This document shows, one piece after another, positions 26,366 through 37,073 of a stretch of 64,000 nt of DNA. Origin of the DNA: a virus. Its lineage: Duplodnaviria > Caudoviricetes. Within the stretch, counting starts at the first letter, position 1. The number at the start of each line of letters is the position of its first letter. The notes below the pieces were generated by a model. The model saw nothing but the letters and a program-made list of their open reading frames with translations, did no database searches and had not been told where the DNA came from. The translations under genes and the position numbers were made by a program. Location: IMG/VR virus record IMGVR_UViG_3300031867_000008, positions 76,957-140,956 of that record; one strand, written 5' to 3'.

Positions 26366-29032
26366 TTAATAATCACTACTAAAATAACTTTCCTCACTTG
26401 CTATATTTTTGTATTTAGTATTTCTATAATTTATGTCATAACTCATTATCACATCATAAACTTTTTCCTTATTTTCCTCTATTATGTTAATTCCCTTATC
26501 ATCTTTACCAACAATCTTTTCACCGAACTTTTTACCCCACGATTTCACTTGTATTAAATCACCACCATATAAAGGCAGTATGTTAAAGATTCTTTTATCA
26601 ACCTTGACATATTTATATTCGCCAGTTGCAATAGAATAAATTATAATGTTAGGAGCGATCACATTTCTTACATTTAACACAAAGTATAAATCTTTAGACA
26701 GTGATTGATTAACGTATCTGCACTCTTGAAATTTTAAAATTTGTGCTTCAAGTATTCTATGAATATCTATATGTTCATTTGGAATCCTATCAAACAACCA
26801 TTTTAGAAACACTTCATAATTAAATGATGTATACGTTTTTCCAGTTTTTGATAATTCAGATAATGATATTATCTTATCTTTAAGTGTTTGATTAGTTACA
26901 TTCTTTTCAAGCCATGAAATATTGAACTTTTCTTTCTGATAAAATAATTTGAAATAATCAACAAATGCTAACAATCTCTTAGATTTACCATATTGCTCAC
27001 AACAATTGGCTTCAATATAAGGTTTCAACATATTGTCTGTGATATTTTGTATAGGATTGTTTTTTACATTCTTCATAAACTCATAGAACGTTCCACTTTT
27101 CTGCATACAATCAAACAGTATGTCGGGTACTTTATCTTCTACTACTGGTTCAGGAACAAGAAATTGTTTTATCCTATCCTTTGCCATATCAATATAGTAT
27201 TGCCTGTCAAGATACTCTGGGATAGGTGAATCATGAATATCATCATTGTTTATAAAACATCTATCAGGAGTATAAGAAATCTTTTCAAATGTTTCTTCTC
27301 CCTTTTCCATTCGCATTTTGTATAACCCTTTGTCAGTAGGGCGAGTTGAAGCGAATACCCTATGAACCTTTTCTCTTAGAGGAATGCCATTCTTGACTAC
27401 GATTTTATTTTTAACTTTCTTACCATTCGTAATCTTTACAACTTCTCCATTACCATAAAGAACTTTTCTATAACTTGACGATAGTTTAATTATTTTTTGA
27501 AATTGAATCAGATCATTACATTCGTTTATGGTCGTTTCAACAGGAACATCATTGACAAAATATTCGATCAGAGCTTTATTGATAATAGGCAAGTCATTAT
27601 CTATCGGAGAAAGTTTCTTGACATACGCCCCTTTAGATTTATAATGTGATTTATCGTTCATGTCAATGAGAATATAATTATTTACATCTTTTTGAATAAG
27701 TTTGCCATGTTCAAAAACATCTACTTCAAGTTCAAGTTTTGTTCTCTGCTGCCATTCATCGAGTATGGGTTTTACTTTATCCAGTATATCCATAGAATCC
27801 AACTTCATATAAACACCATCGGTATTCGACTGCAAAATTGAAACTCCAACAACTGCTCCGAGTTTAGCAATAAGTTCTGTCATATACAACTGCCCTGAGA
27901 TACACACATTATTTGACATAAGAGGATCATAGCAATCTGAATGAGGGTCTTTAAGCACTCCATATGCACCATTGATGCAAATCTTTAATGGTTGTTGTCT
28001 TTTGTCTTTCTTAGCTTTAAGCTCCAATCGTCTGTCTCGAATGACCTTGAATTTCTTAGGTTCTTTTAATTTTCTCGAATAATAGTTTTCATTTATCATC
28101 AAACTTGGATATTCTGAACCAACATCAGCTATGAGCAGTATGCCTTCCACAACAATATTATTATCACAACCATGAATGCCACCATAACCATAGTCATGAG
28201 GAACATTAGCAACAATTGTATGCAACTGTCTGTTATCTTGGTGGGAATCATCTTTCAATGGAAGTTTATATGCCTTGTTCATAGGGTTAGTGAACCAATC
28301 GACTATGTATTGATACTCTTTCGGCATACGCAGATTTGCGGGAATTGTTATTTCAAATTCATCATCGAGGGTATGATTATGAACTGCACCTAATACATAA
28401 GATGTGAGCTGTGCCTTTGTTTTATTAAACATCTTTTTGTCTAAGTCAAACATTTCGATCATTGTGACTATCGCTTCAAAATCTCCATGAGTATAATAAA
28501 GAACTTTACAAGTTTCCTCTACATCATGAATGTTATAGTCAATGATTTGTTGTATTTCTTCTTCTGTAAGTTCTCTGTCAATGTCAAAATCAACATCTGT
28601 TTCCTTAATCATATCTCCCATAAAACCTTCAAGTTGCTTTAAGGATTTATCTTGAAGAATACAATCATAATTCTGCAAAGGAATACTATTTGCTTTGCCT
28701 ATAATTTGAAATCCTCTGCCACCATCAATAAGTTTATCGTTTATTTCAGGTGCTTTGCCACCGTTCATGATGCCTTTGTATAAGAATTGATCGTATGCTC
28801 TACTGTTATATCCAGCAAATACATTATCTTTGTACTGATTATAAAAATCTCTAAGTTTAGCAGGATCATTAACAACAGTGACAACAATTGGTTTTTGCTC
28901 GCTTTTGTTTAACCACCAGTCAATAAAGGATTGATATTCAATAAAAGTAACACACCACCAACCACCATTAGGAACTTTAGAATAAACCTCAAAGTCATAA
29001 CACCATGTTTTTATGTTATTTTGTTCACTCAT
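26366..29032 (-). CDS. Family-B-type DNA polymerase (exonuclease + polymerase) with a ~260-aa C-terminal extension
   Basis: Exo YDFEV, GYN...YD, YNIHDV; pol DVGSEYPS, K...NGAYG, SNTDG, QKDVNNY, KSKG. Confidence 0.88.
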   Translation of the reverse strand: MSEQNNIKTWCYDFEVYSKVPNGGWWCVTFIEYQSFIDWWLNKSEQKPIVVTVVNDPAKLRDFYNQYKDNVFAGYNSRAYDQFLYKGIMNGGKAPEINDKLIDGGRGFQIIGKANSIPLQNYDCILQDKSLKQLEGFMGDMIKETDVDFDIDRELTEEEIQQIIDYNIHDVEETCKVLYYTHGDFEAIVTMIEMFDLDKKMFNKTKAQLTSYVLGAVHNHTLDDEFEITIPANLRMPKEYQYIVDWFTNPMNKAYKLPLKDDSHQDNRQLHTIVANVPHDYGYGGIHGCDNNIVVEGILLIADVGSEYPSLMINENYYSRKLKEPKKFKVIRDRRLELKAKKDKRQQPLKICINGAYGVLKDPHSDCYDPLMSNNVCISGQLYMTELIAKLGAVVGVSILQSNTDGVYMKLDSMDILDKVKPILDEWQQRTKLELEVDVFEHGKLIQKDVNNYILIDMNDKSHYKSKGAYVKKLSPIDNDLPIINKALIEYFVNDVPVETTINECNDLIQFQKIIKLSSSYRKVLYGNGEVVKITNGKKVKNKIVVKNGIPLREKVHRVFASTRPTDKGLYKMRMEKGEETFEKISYTPDRCFINNDDIHDSPIPEYLDRQYYIDMAKDRIKQFLVPEPVVEDKVPDILFDCMQKSGTFYEFMKNVKNNPIQNITDNMLKPYIEANCCEQYGKSKRLLAFVDYFKLFYQKEKFNISWLEKNVTNQTLKDKIISLSELSKTGKTYTSFNYEVFLKWLFDRIPNEHIDIHRILEAQILKFQECRYVNQSLSKDLYFVLNVRNVIAPNIIIYSIATGEYKYVKVDKRIFNILPLYGGDLIQVKSWGKKFGEKIVGKDDKGINIIEENKEKVYDVIMSYDINYRNTKYKNIASEESYFSSDY

Positions 29033-29044
29033 TTTTACACAACC

Positions 29045-30787
29045 TTATATTAAGAATCCTACTTTTTTACTACTGGGTCTAAAATTCCAATCCTCAATTC
29101 TTACTTGTGCAGAACCATCGTAAATATCAAATATTCCAACAACGTCAAATTCAACTACATCCGATTTTATATCAAACATTTCCTTATATTCTTTGAGTAA
29201 CGAACTACGACTAAACTTTACAAACGATACGTTTTTATACTTAAACATTATTCTATTATTAGTTTTACCTAAGTTTTGAATCAGTGACTTCTTGATTGGA
29301 ATACCTTTTATAACGAACAAAGGTTCATCTACTGAACAACCCCACACATAATTGTACTTGGCAATATGCTTTACAATGTCACCGGAGAAGTTTTCAGCTT
29401 CATAATCAGCACAAACCGTATACACGTTGTCACCAAACGCTGGAGTTTGTGAAAGCAAGTCGAATAAAAGTTCAGTTTTATCAGTGAAAATTTGCGCTCC
29501 AAAGGCATTTTCATGTCCATCAAGTCCAAAAAATAACCCAGTTGACTTACACCAAGCCTTAAAATCTGTCAGTTCACACTTCAAATAACCTCGTCCACTT
29601 CCCTTACAAACGCCATTATTCTCTCTTAAAAGCAAGCAAGGCTTTTTGTACATAGAAGCTAATCGTCCCGCAATCAGTCCTGTTGAATTACTATCCACAT
29701 CTTCGCCAGCGTTTACTACTAAGATAGGATATTGATTCAAACCATACTCAGCGATTTCTTCACTGAGTTTTTCTGAACTTTCTTCTGTGATGCTTTTCTG
29801 TTTTCTGTTTGTAGATTCACACGCTCGTCTGACATACTCTTGTATACTCATTTCAACTTCGCCTTTACCACGAACTTTTCTCACAAGTTTTTTATCAGAA
29901 TTACAGAACGCTTCAAACATTAAAAGTTTTTCTTCTCTTGTACCAAGTCTTATCAAAGAGTTAATCATGGGACAAATATAAAAGGCAATTCCATTAACAG
30001 TAATTTTGTTACTCATAGAATAAGACTGAGATTGAATAAGTTCTTTAATAAAAAGATTTTTGCTTATCCCTTTAGAAATTTCTTCAAGTCCTCGGAAAAC
30101 ATAATAACGAGATTGATTTTGAAACAGATTACACTTATCACCTATCATTCCAACAGCAATCAAATCATAATAATCATTACTCCAATTACAACCGATTTCA
30201 TTATCAACAGCCCTACAAAATTTATAGACTATTCCTACACCAGTCATAGCTTTGTCTTTTATATTTTCTTCAAGTTGATTGTTTATAATAATCGCTTTAT
30301 TATCTTTTGGGTCAATTGGGTGATGATCTAATATAATTACTTGACAACCAGTATCAATTAAAGAATTACATTCTTTTGCATTACCAGTACCAGCGTCAGG
30401 AACAATGAGCAAATCAAGTTTAGCATCAATAATCTCATTCACAACATCTTCGAGTCCATGAATTTTACGATCATGTATGTAATATTTCAATGTTAAATCA
30501 GATTTAAACTCTTTTTGTATTCTTAAAAGATAACTCATCATGAATGCTGCGGAAGTATAACCATCACAATCACAGTCAACCACAACACCTACTCTTGGAC
30601 GATCCTCTTTTAATTTCATCATAAACAAATCCACAGCCTCTCGCATATGCCGAAATGACTTTACAGATTCATTATACTTTATAGTTGGCTTTAAAAAGAA
30701 ATCAGTATCTTCAACACCTTTAGAAACAAGAATTGATTCTACACTATTATCAAAATTTATATTTTCATCAATTTTATAATCAAACAC
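29045..30787 (-). CDS. recJ: RecJ-like ssDNA exonuclease (DHH)
   Basis: DCDCDGYTS, HGL, PDAG, ILDHH, GSGRG, GHENAFG. Confidence 0.92.
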   Translation of the reverse strand: MFDYKIDENINFDNSVESILVSKGVEDTDFFLKPTIKYNESVKSFRHMREAVDLFMMKLKEDRPRVGVVVDCDCDGYTSAAFMMSYLLRIQKEFKSDLTLKYYIHDRKIHGLEDVVNEIIDAKLDLLIVPDAGTGNAKECNSLIDTGCQVIILDHHPIDPKDNKAIIINNQLEENIKDKAMTGVGIVYKFCRAVDNEIGCNWSNDYYDLIAVGMIGDKCNLFQNQSRYYVFRGLEEISKGISKNLFIKELIQSQSYSMSNKITVNGIAFYICPMINSLIRLGTREEKLLMFEAFCNSDKKLVRKVRGKGEVEMSIQEYVRRACESTNRKQKSITEESSEKLSEEIAEYGLNQYPILVVNAGEDVDSNSTGLIAGRLASMYKKPCLLLRENNGVCKGSGRGYLKCELTDFKAWCKSTGLFFGLDGHENAFGAQIFTDKTELLFDLLSQTPAFGDNVYTVCADYEAENFSGDIVKHIAKYNYVWGCSVDEPLFVIKGIPIKKSLIQNLGKTNNRIMFKYKNVSFVKFSRSSLLKEYKEMFDIKSDVVEFDVVGIFDIYDGSAQVRIEDWNFRPSSKKVGFLI

Positions 30788-30812
30788 TTCATCACCTTAT
30801 CTTTCATCAAAC

Positions 30813-31925
30813 CTAATCTCCAATCGCAGGAACATATATTTTATTATCCATCAACTTTAACAACGTATCTTTCCCTCGATCAGTGGGAGAATCTTTATAT
30901 CCAAGTAACTCATCCGAATCTAAAAGAACTGTGACTTTAACATAAGCAGCTAATGGTTTTATAAAATGCTTAAAGATATGTTCTATCCATAAGTCATATT
31001 CTTCTGTATCAACCTTTTGATATTGTTTATCTAAAGCTACAATCACTTCATTGATGTCAAGTTTGAGTATTGTTTTGCGTTGCCATTCACTTAAATTAGA
31101 ACCACAAACAGCTACGGTAAAATTATCTTCGCCAAACATGGTATCAGTTTGAAGAACAGATTTTTCTCCCTCCACAAGCATGATTTTATGTTTTCTTTGT
31201 ATAGCTTCAAGATTGAAATTCAAACCGTATAAATTCTTTCCCAAAGGATGACTAAAATAATAATCTCCGAGTCTAAATGGGGAATACTTACCAAAATTTT
31301 CTTCATTCTCAGGGATAACATTTCGACCTCTTACTCCGATCAATCTATCATATCTATCCCTATGAGGAATAATTATTTTCTGCTGCCAAGTACAATATTT
31401 GATACTATACTTTTTCATAGATTGAATCGAAATTCCTTCATTGATCCACGAACTACTATATTGCTCTGAAAAAATTCTTAGTATTCGCTCATCATACTCA
31501 GGAATCAATTCATCAGTTGTTCTTTGTTTCTTGCGTTTTTTACTCCAACGATTTATAAAAGACCAATCACTACATTTCTCATTTTTAGGGTTATTTAGTT
31601 TACCAAACTGACCGTAAACATAGTCTTGCCATTTGAGATTGACCTTTATCCATTGAATAGCTTTTGGAAATTCATCCAATGTAAAATCTTTATAGTGCAT
31701 AACCAAACCGATTATGTCCATTGAACCGCATTCGGTATAACAATGAAAAGTTTTAGTCAGTTTATAATAATACAACTTAGGCTTATTGCCGCCGTGACAA
31801 ACAGTATCAGTTATCCAATAAGTATCATTTTCAGAGAACCATGTAGCACCCATTATTTCAAGCAGCAGTCTAATTTCATCTTCTGTGATTCGTTCTTTTA
31901 ATTCTTCGGCAGTCAAAAGATTCAC
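30813..31925 (-). CDS. DNA primase (Zn finger + TOPRIM)
   Basis: TVCHGG...FHCYTECG, GVRGR, LYGLN, LVEGEKSVL, ALDK. Confidence 0.88.
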   Translation of the reverse strand: MNLLTAEELKERITEDEIRLLLEIMGATWFSENDTYWITDTVCHGGNKPKLYYYKLTKTFHCYTECGSMDIIGLVMHYKDFTLDEFPKAIQWIKVNLKWQDYVYGQFGKLNNPKNEKCSDWSFINRWSKKRKKQRTTDELIPEYDERILRIFSEQYSSSWINEGISIQSMKKYSIKYCTWQQKIIIPHRDRYDRLIGVRGRNVIPENEENFGKYSPFRLGDYYFSHPLGKNLYGLNFNLEAIQRKHKIMLVEGEKSVLQTDTMFGEDNFTVAVCGSNLSEWQRKTILKLDINEVIVALDKQYQKVDTEEYDLWIEHIFKHFIKPLAAYVKVTVLLDSDELLGYKDSPTDRGKDTLLKLMDNKIYVPAIGD

Positions 31926-31933
31926 CTCACAAA

Positions 31934-33553
31934 TTATGAATTTGATTTCTTGCTAAGTTCTGAAACAAGATCTGCAACCTCAGTGGCGTTTATCTCATTT
32001 TCTTTATCTATAAGACCTACTTCGCCAACATCATCAAATATTGCTTCCGTTTTTTCAATATCAGTGATTAACTCAAAATTATAATTGGTAACAAAACAGT
32101 CTTTTTCTCTCATTGTACCTAAATTTAACTTAGTCCATACAATAACAGAATACCATTTACCGCCACGGTTTTTAAAAATATAGTAAGCCATGTTAGGTTC
32201 GGTTACACCAAAACTACCATAACTGTGCATAATAGGTTCGAGTTTTTTCAAATCTTTCTTAGTTACCGGAAGAGCAAGTATACCACCATCCGCTTTTTCA
32301 ATGATAGCCTTAGAACCTTTCAGAGCAGAAGCATCTTTATTCATATCATCTTTGTAACTATCGTTGAGCTGTGTAGACGAACCTAAAAATATATCAAACT
32401 TATTCGCTATAAGTTTTAATTCTTGTGAAAACATAAACAATATCTGGTCTGTTCTTAATCGTGTTTTTGATTTTTCATAAAAGTAAGAGTACAGCGACGG
32501 AGAATCGTTTATGTAATCATAAAAACAGTATTCAATGTTCTCGTTTATCACATACTTTTCTATTGTATTGGATATAGTATCAATAGTAAAGTCAGGCATA
32601 TACTCAACAAACAACCTACAATTTTGCATTATTTCCGCTGACTTATTTATCACTCGTATTTCTTCTTCCGTCACGTCCCACGAGGACAATTTATCCTCAT
32701 CAACTCCCGAAATATGAGCCAACAAACAACTTTCTATTTCATCTTCTTCAAGCTCTGTTGAAATGAACAATACAGGTTTTGCTTCACCCATACTAATCCA
32801 TTCCTTTTTAGACCAATCATAAATTGTAGTAGCTGCGATATTTATAGCATCTGCCATAGAATTTCTCGACTTGCCTCCACCAGAGATAGATGATCTTATT
32901 ATAAATTTTTTTGGTCGCATACCTCTAAAAATAGTGGTAAGATAAGCAGATTGAAAAGGATAACCAAAAGAATCATCTTTTGAACTATATAATTCTATAA
33001 GTTCTTTGACTCTATCACCAGCTTTAAAAGCATAACCATCTTGATTTAACGCAGAGAATTTATTTTCAAAATCCAAAAATCTATCCTTAAAAGCATTGAT
33101 TACATCTTTTGAAGTCATCGACTGGAATTTTTCACTTTTCTCGTTGTCTTTTTCATTATAGATGAAGTTAGTGTCGAACTTGAATTGCTCATTGGCGTTA
33201 CGAATAATTGAATACTTACGCACATCATCTCTATATGAAGCGGCATTATCCACCTTATCTTCTACCATTTCAATGGCTTGCTCAATGTAATTCCAACCAT
33301 CGTTTTGTTTCCAACATTCTAACGCTTCAACAGAATACGATAATTCTGTTTCTATCTCAAAGCTATCTATACTTTCAATATTACCTTTCTTAGCAAGATT
33401 GAGAATTGCACCCCATATGATCCTATGAAACTTTTCAGGATAATCAAACTCAAATGTTTCACAGTTTTTATCTAAAACCAATCGAGGGTTTCTACAATAA
33501 CAACCCAATAGTAAGAATATAGCTTTTGTATCTACTTGTTCACGAAATTCTAT
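31934..33553 (-). CDS. Replicative DnaB-like helicase with a probable ATA start
   Basis: SISGGGKSR Walker A, LFISTEL, FYDYI, STQLN, FKNRGG. The frame extends 15 codons beyond the track start to ATA 33553, behind GGTGGTGA and overlapping the upstream TAG. Confidence 0.88.
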   Translation of the reverse strand: MEFREQVDTKAIFLLLGCYCRNPRLVLDKNCETFEFDYPEKFHRIIWGAILNLAKKGNIESIDSFEIETELSYSVEALECWKQNDGWNYIEQAIEMVEDKVDNAASYRDDVRKYSIIRNANEQFKFDTNFIYNEKDNEKSEKFQSMTSKDVINAFKDRFLDFENKFSALNQDGYAFKAGDRVKELIELYSSKDDSFGYPFQSAYLTTIFRGMRPKKFIIRSSISGGGKSRNSMADAINIAATTIYDWSKKEWISMGEAKPVLFISTELEEDEIESCLLAHISGVDEDKLSSWDVTEEEIRVINKSAEIMQNCRLFVEYMPDFTIDTISNTIEKYVINENIEYCFYDYINDSPSLYSYFYEKSKTRLRTDQILFMFSQELKLIANKFDIFLGSSTQLNDSYKDDMNKDASALKGSKAIIEKADGGILALPVTKKDLKKLEPIMHSYGSFGVTEPNMAYYIFKNRGGKWYSVIVWTKLNLGTMREKDCFVTNYNFELITDIEKTEAIFDDVGEVGLIDKENEINATEVADLVSELSKKSNS

Positions 33554-34131
33554 GATTCTTCACCACCCATCAACGAATCAATATCTATCAAATTTATCTT
33601 TTTCTTTTTCCTTTGAGATGTAGATGATAGCTTATGGATAACTTTTGTTTTTATTATTTCTGATTCGTGTTTATTTTCAAGCTGTTCTTTCAACTTATTT
33701 TCCAAACGTTCTTGTTGTTTTTCAAGATTCTCAGTATAGTTCTTTGCTTCATCATAAAACGTTTTGATTAAAGCTACACCATATTTTTCTATAAAAGCCA
33801 TACCTTTTATTTCATGAGCATACCAAAGAGCATTACCCATCCAGCGATATTCGTACCCGAAGTTCTTTTTATAGTTGGCAATCTGACCAAGAATCAATCC
33901 TGTTGGAGCATCAAGTTCATATTGTTCACAAATGTAGTCTATCAATTTTTGATAGTCATTTTCAAGTTCCTTTTCTCGTTGCAGTCTACGTTCAGTTACT
34001 TCCTGCAATTTGATTTCATAATCGGATTTCGCAGTCTCTATACAGGAAGAACAATACTTTTTACCATGAAACAATGTCATCGTTTCTGTTGGGAATTTCT
34101 CACCACACAATTTACAAAGTGATTTCCCCAT
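33550..34131 (-). CDS. Zn-finger replication accessory protein (possible helicase loader; SPbeta yorH position)
   Basis: CKLCG...YCSSC; located between the AAA ATPase and the helicase. Confidence 0.6.
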   Translation of the reverse strand: MGKSLCKLCGEKFPTETMTLFHGKKYCSSCIETAKSDYEIKLQEVTERRLQREKELENDYQKLIDYICEQYELDAPTGLILGQIANYKKNFGYEYRWMGNALWYAHEIKGMAFIEKYGVALIKTFYDEAKNYTENLEKQQERLENKLKEQLENKHESEIIKTKVIHKLSSTSQRKKKKINLIDIDSLMGGEES

Positions 34132-34243
34132 TATGATTTTCCTCCTATTTATTTTGTTTCTCCTAAATTGATATAAAAATAGGAGTAGGGTTTGACCCCA
34201 CCCCTATCATTTACGGTTATTTGTGTGGACATGATTTTATATT

Positions 34244-35245
34244 TTAGGATAGATTGTACTTCTGAATGAGTTCTTCAAGTCTTACAAGAACAACCTTTGC
34301 TACATCACACTGCTGTGAATTAAGATCGTCAATCATTATGGGTGAATCATCTTTATTCACACCAATTTCAGTTCTAAGAATATGAAGAACTTCGTCAAGA
34401 TGATTATTTTCTGTAAGAATAAAAGCATAATCGTTAGCCTTTTTCTTTATATCATCAAAAGAATCTTCTTCAACAATTTCCTCTATTAACGCAGTTTCTG
34501 TTATTTCTTCTTTGCCGTATCTACTATCAAAGAACTTTTCAAGATTGGACTTCAATTCTGACACATACATCTTTTCAGGCAATCCAAACTTATCTTTGAG
34601 ATCAGGGTATGTGTTCGACTTCTTGAAAGTAATGTATCTATCGCTTGTGATTGGGTCTTTAGCCTTATTATCAAGTGTTACACAACCTACGAGAAACGCA
34701 TCGTGATACATCTGTTGAGTCGTTGCTTCATCAAGTTTCGTTTTATAAATCACCTGATTTGTACTAAAATCGGTAGTCTTATAAAGCTGCGCTGTAAAAT
34801 GTACTGGATAACCAAGATTGCGAATGTCGTTCACGATTCCATTTGCAGATCGAAGATACTTCTTACCTCTTGCAAATCCAATGTCCTCGATAATGTCAAC
34901 TTCCTTTTTACTCTGAATAAGTGACTTGTTCATAGCTTCAAATTTATCGGCAGTATCAATAACAACACAACTAAACTTTTTCTTGGCGGCAGGATTCTTT
35001 AACTGATTATAAACCTGTCTAAGTTCTGCTACATCATGTACCCTTGCGGCAATAATATTCGGAACTATCATAGTAGCATCTTCAAGAGCTATAAAGAATG
35101 GCACTTTGCCCTCTGGTGCTACACTTGTAAGAAATCTATTTATACTATCAGTTTTTCCATCTCCTGTTTCACCAAGAAAGATAACAGGATAACTACTAAA
35201 ATCGTGAGAAACCTTATTAGGCTGAATATCAAGAATATTTATCAT
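34244..35245 (-). CDS. AAA-family ATPase (Sak4/AAA_24-like recombination protein)
   Basis: GETGDGKT Walker A, VVIDTAD Walker B, GFARGK. Confidence 0.8.
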   Translation of the reverse strand: MINILDIQPNKVSHDFSSYPVIFLGETGDGKTDSINRFLTSVAPEGKVPFFIALEDATMIVPNIIAARVHDVAELRQVYNQLKNPAAKKKFSCVVIDTADKFEAMNKSLIQSKKEVDIIEDIGFARGKKYLRSANGIVNDIRNLGYPVHFTAQLYKTTDFSTNQVIYKTKLDEATTQQMYHDAFLVGCVTLDNKAKDPITSDRYITFKKSNTYPDLKDKFGLPEKMYVSELKSNLEKFFDSRYGKEEITETALIEEIVEEDSFDDIKKKANDYAFILTENNHLDEVLHILRTEIGVNKDDSPIMIDDLNSQQCDVAKVVLVRLEELIQKYNLS

Positions 35246-35264
35246 TCGTTGTCACCAACCTTTC

Positions 35265-36236
35265 TTACTTAGCAAATGGATTCTTGTTTGCCTTTGCAAA
35301 AGGATTACCAGAAACCTTCGGCTTTTCAGAAGTGTTATTAGAAGAACCATTTTTACGATTATTTTTCACATCGTCAAGATGAATCTTTCTCTTCTTGATA
35401 AGAGCTTCAACAATTTCATCTGTAAGGTCTACATCGTAAATACTCTTAGGTTCATCGGCAGCTTCGATAAGATACTTTCTATCATATGTTGTAAACTCTT
35501 TGACATGATCCTTACCAAGAGCCATCTTCTCGACTACCTTTTCAGTTTTAGTTGTGTTTATTAACCTTCCGACAAACTTAGTATAGCAACCTTCATAATA
35601 TCCTATCTGAGCAAAGCCTTCCACAAGATCGCTCGGAAGTGTCAGTTTAATAGGAATAAGACTGTCTACTTCTAATTCAGCATCTTTGTTCCACTTTCCA
35701 TTTGCGGAAGTCTGTCTAATATTATTAAATGTAATAATCTTGTTTCCGGTAGGAGTATCATTCTTCGTTTCATCTTTAATGCTCTCAATGATTCCTGCAA
35801 CATTAAATTCTGCTTTCATAAGAGTAGAATCAATATCCTTTTCAGGAACTACATTGATAAATCTCGCCCAGATCGCATTAGAAGTAACCACATCAGTCTT
35901 TCCTTCGGGAACATAATCATTAGCTGTAAACGAACCATCTGTTATTCTCACAACGGTAGGTCTTTCGTCACTGTCTGCAACATCAGCAATAGTTTTAGCT
36001 GTTTCAATAAATTCAGCATAGGATTTATATAGCTTGTTTTCCTCAGAAGTATAATTCTTATTTGCATCCTTCTTGTACTTGTCCGCAAAAAATCTAATCT
36101 CATGCTCTGATTCATCATCTGTTCTAAGTACAATCGATCCACCTATGTATTCAGAGCCATCATCTCTTGTCTTTTCTTCAAGGTTATTAGCAACAAGAAC
36201 TCCTGCGATATAAACATTATTTTCAATTTTCTTCAT
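35265..36236 (-). CDS. Putative single-stranded DNA-binding protein (tandem OB-like folds)
   Basis: ENNVYIAGVL...AEFNVAGII pattern; first gene of the replication operon; low-complexity tail with NPFAK twice. Confidence 0.6.
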   Translation of the reverse strand: MKKIENNVYIAGVLVANNLEEKTRDDGSEYIGGSIVLRTDDESEHEIRFFADKYKKDANKNYTSEENKLYKSYAEFIETAKTIADVADSDERPTVVRITDGSFTANDYVPEGKTDVVTSNAIWARFINVVPEKDIDSTLMKAEFNVAGIIESIKDETKNDTPTGNKIITFNNIRQTSANGKWNKDAELEVDSLIPIKLTLPSDLVEGFAQIGYYEGCYTKFVGRLINTTKTEKVVEKMALGKDHVKEFTTYDRKYLIEAADEPKSIYDVDLTDEIVEALIKKRKIHLDDVKNNRKNGSSNNTSEKPKVSGNPFAKANKNPFAK

Positions 36237-36592
36237 ATAATCAAAATCCCTCACTCTTATTATTTTCATTTTAAATCATCTTTAAATTCAAATTTACAAA
36301 TAATCATTCATCTTACATATTCTTTATTATACCACAATCATATTTATCGTCACCTAAACTCTCTCCCAAAATAAAATATCTATATTATTAGCTAAAAGCA
36401 TTTGATACAGACCATAATACTTTAGCCAGTGTAGCCATAAACGCTCGTCTTTCCGAGCTGTCAATATGATTTGTCAATCTTCCACACACTCATTCGGACG
36501 CTCACATATTTTGCGCTGTGTCATAAGCATCGCCTTTCTTGTGCCGATTTACCTTTTAGGTAGCGAAGTAACGTATTATCGGGAACGTTAAA

Positions 36593-36666
36593 TGCCCCCT
36601 ATGAGACTTGAACTCATACTTTACAGATTTTGAATCTGTTTCCTCTGCCGTTTGGGATAAGGGAGC
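36593..36666 (-). tRNA. tRNA-Leu(CAA) with a short variable loop
   Basis: GCTCCCT/AGGGGGC acceptor, ACAGA-TTCAAAA-TCTGT anticodon arm, 5-nt variable loop, ATGAG-TTCAAGT-CTCAT T arm. Confidence 0.85.
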
Positions 36667-36810
36667 AAATGCTATCGGCAATCCTCAACGATAGCTTTGT
36701 ATAATGACATTCCGCAAAATATCTTCTACATTTTTACGCAAAACTCCCGTTGCGGAAGGAGCCGTAGGAGGAATCTCATTGTTCAAATGGACTGTCACAC
36801 TACCAATTTG

Positions 36811-36885
36811 TGTCAAAGGGAATCGAACCAACAGTTGATCCACTTGCTTTCAAGCTGATGCTATCACTTATCAAGTTTAACGACA
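36811..36885 (-). pseudogene. Degenerate tRNA-like remnant (possibly Ser-TGA)
   Basis: GGTTCGATTCC T loop, partial TGTC/GACA acceptor, GC-TTGAAA-GC; stems poorly paired. Confidence 0.3.
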
Positions 36886-36898
36886 TTGACAAGTCGGC

Positions 36899-36987
36899 TG
36901 GTGTTGGCAATAGGATTTGAACCTATAAATCTCTTGTACTTCGAGAACAGTGTTTACACTGCGCCTATGACATTTGGCTATACCAAC
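36899..36987 (-). tRNA. tRNA-Tyr-like gene with an aberrant anticodon loop (possible pseudogene)
   Basis: GTTGGTA/TGCCAAC acceptor plus ACCA, long variable arm, ATAGG-TTCAAAT-CCTAT; the anticodon arm CAGTGTAAACACTG lacks a 7-nt loop. Confidence 0.6.
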
Positions 36988-36994
36988 ATTTTAA

Positions 36995-37067
36995 TGCGCC
37001 TAATGGGACTCGAACCCATGCTCCCTTGATTAAAAGTCAAGTGCTTTACCAACTAAGCTATAAGCGC
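36995..37067 (-). tRNA. tRNA-Lys(TTT)
   Basis: Canonical cloverleaf, CTTGA-CTTTTAA-TCAAG. Confidence 0.93.
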
Positions 37068-37073
37068 ATAATC

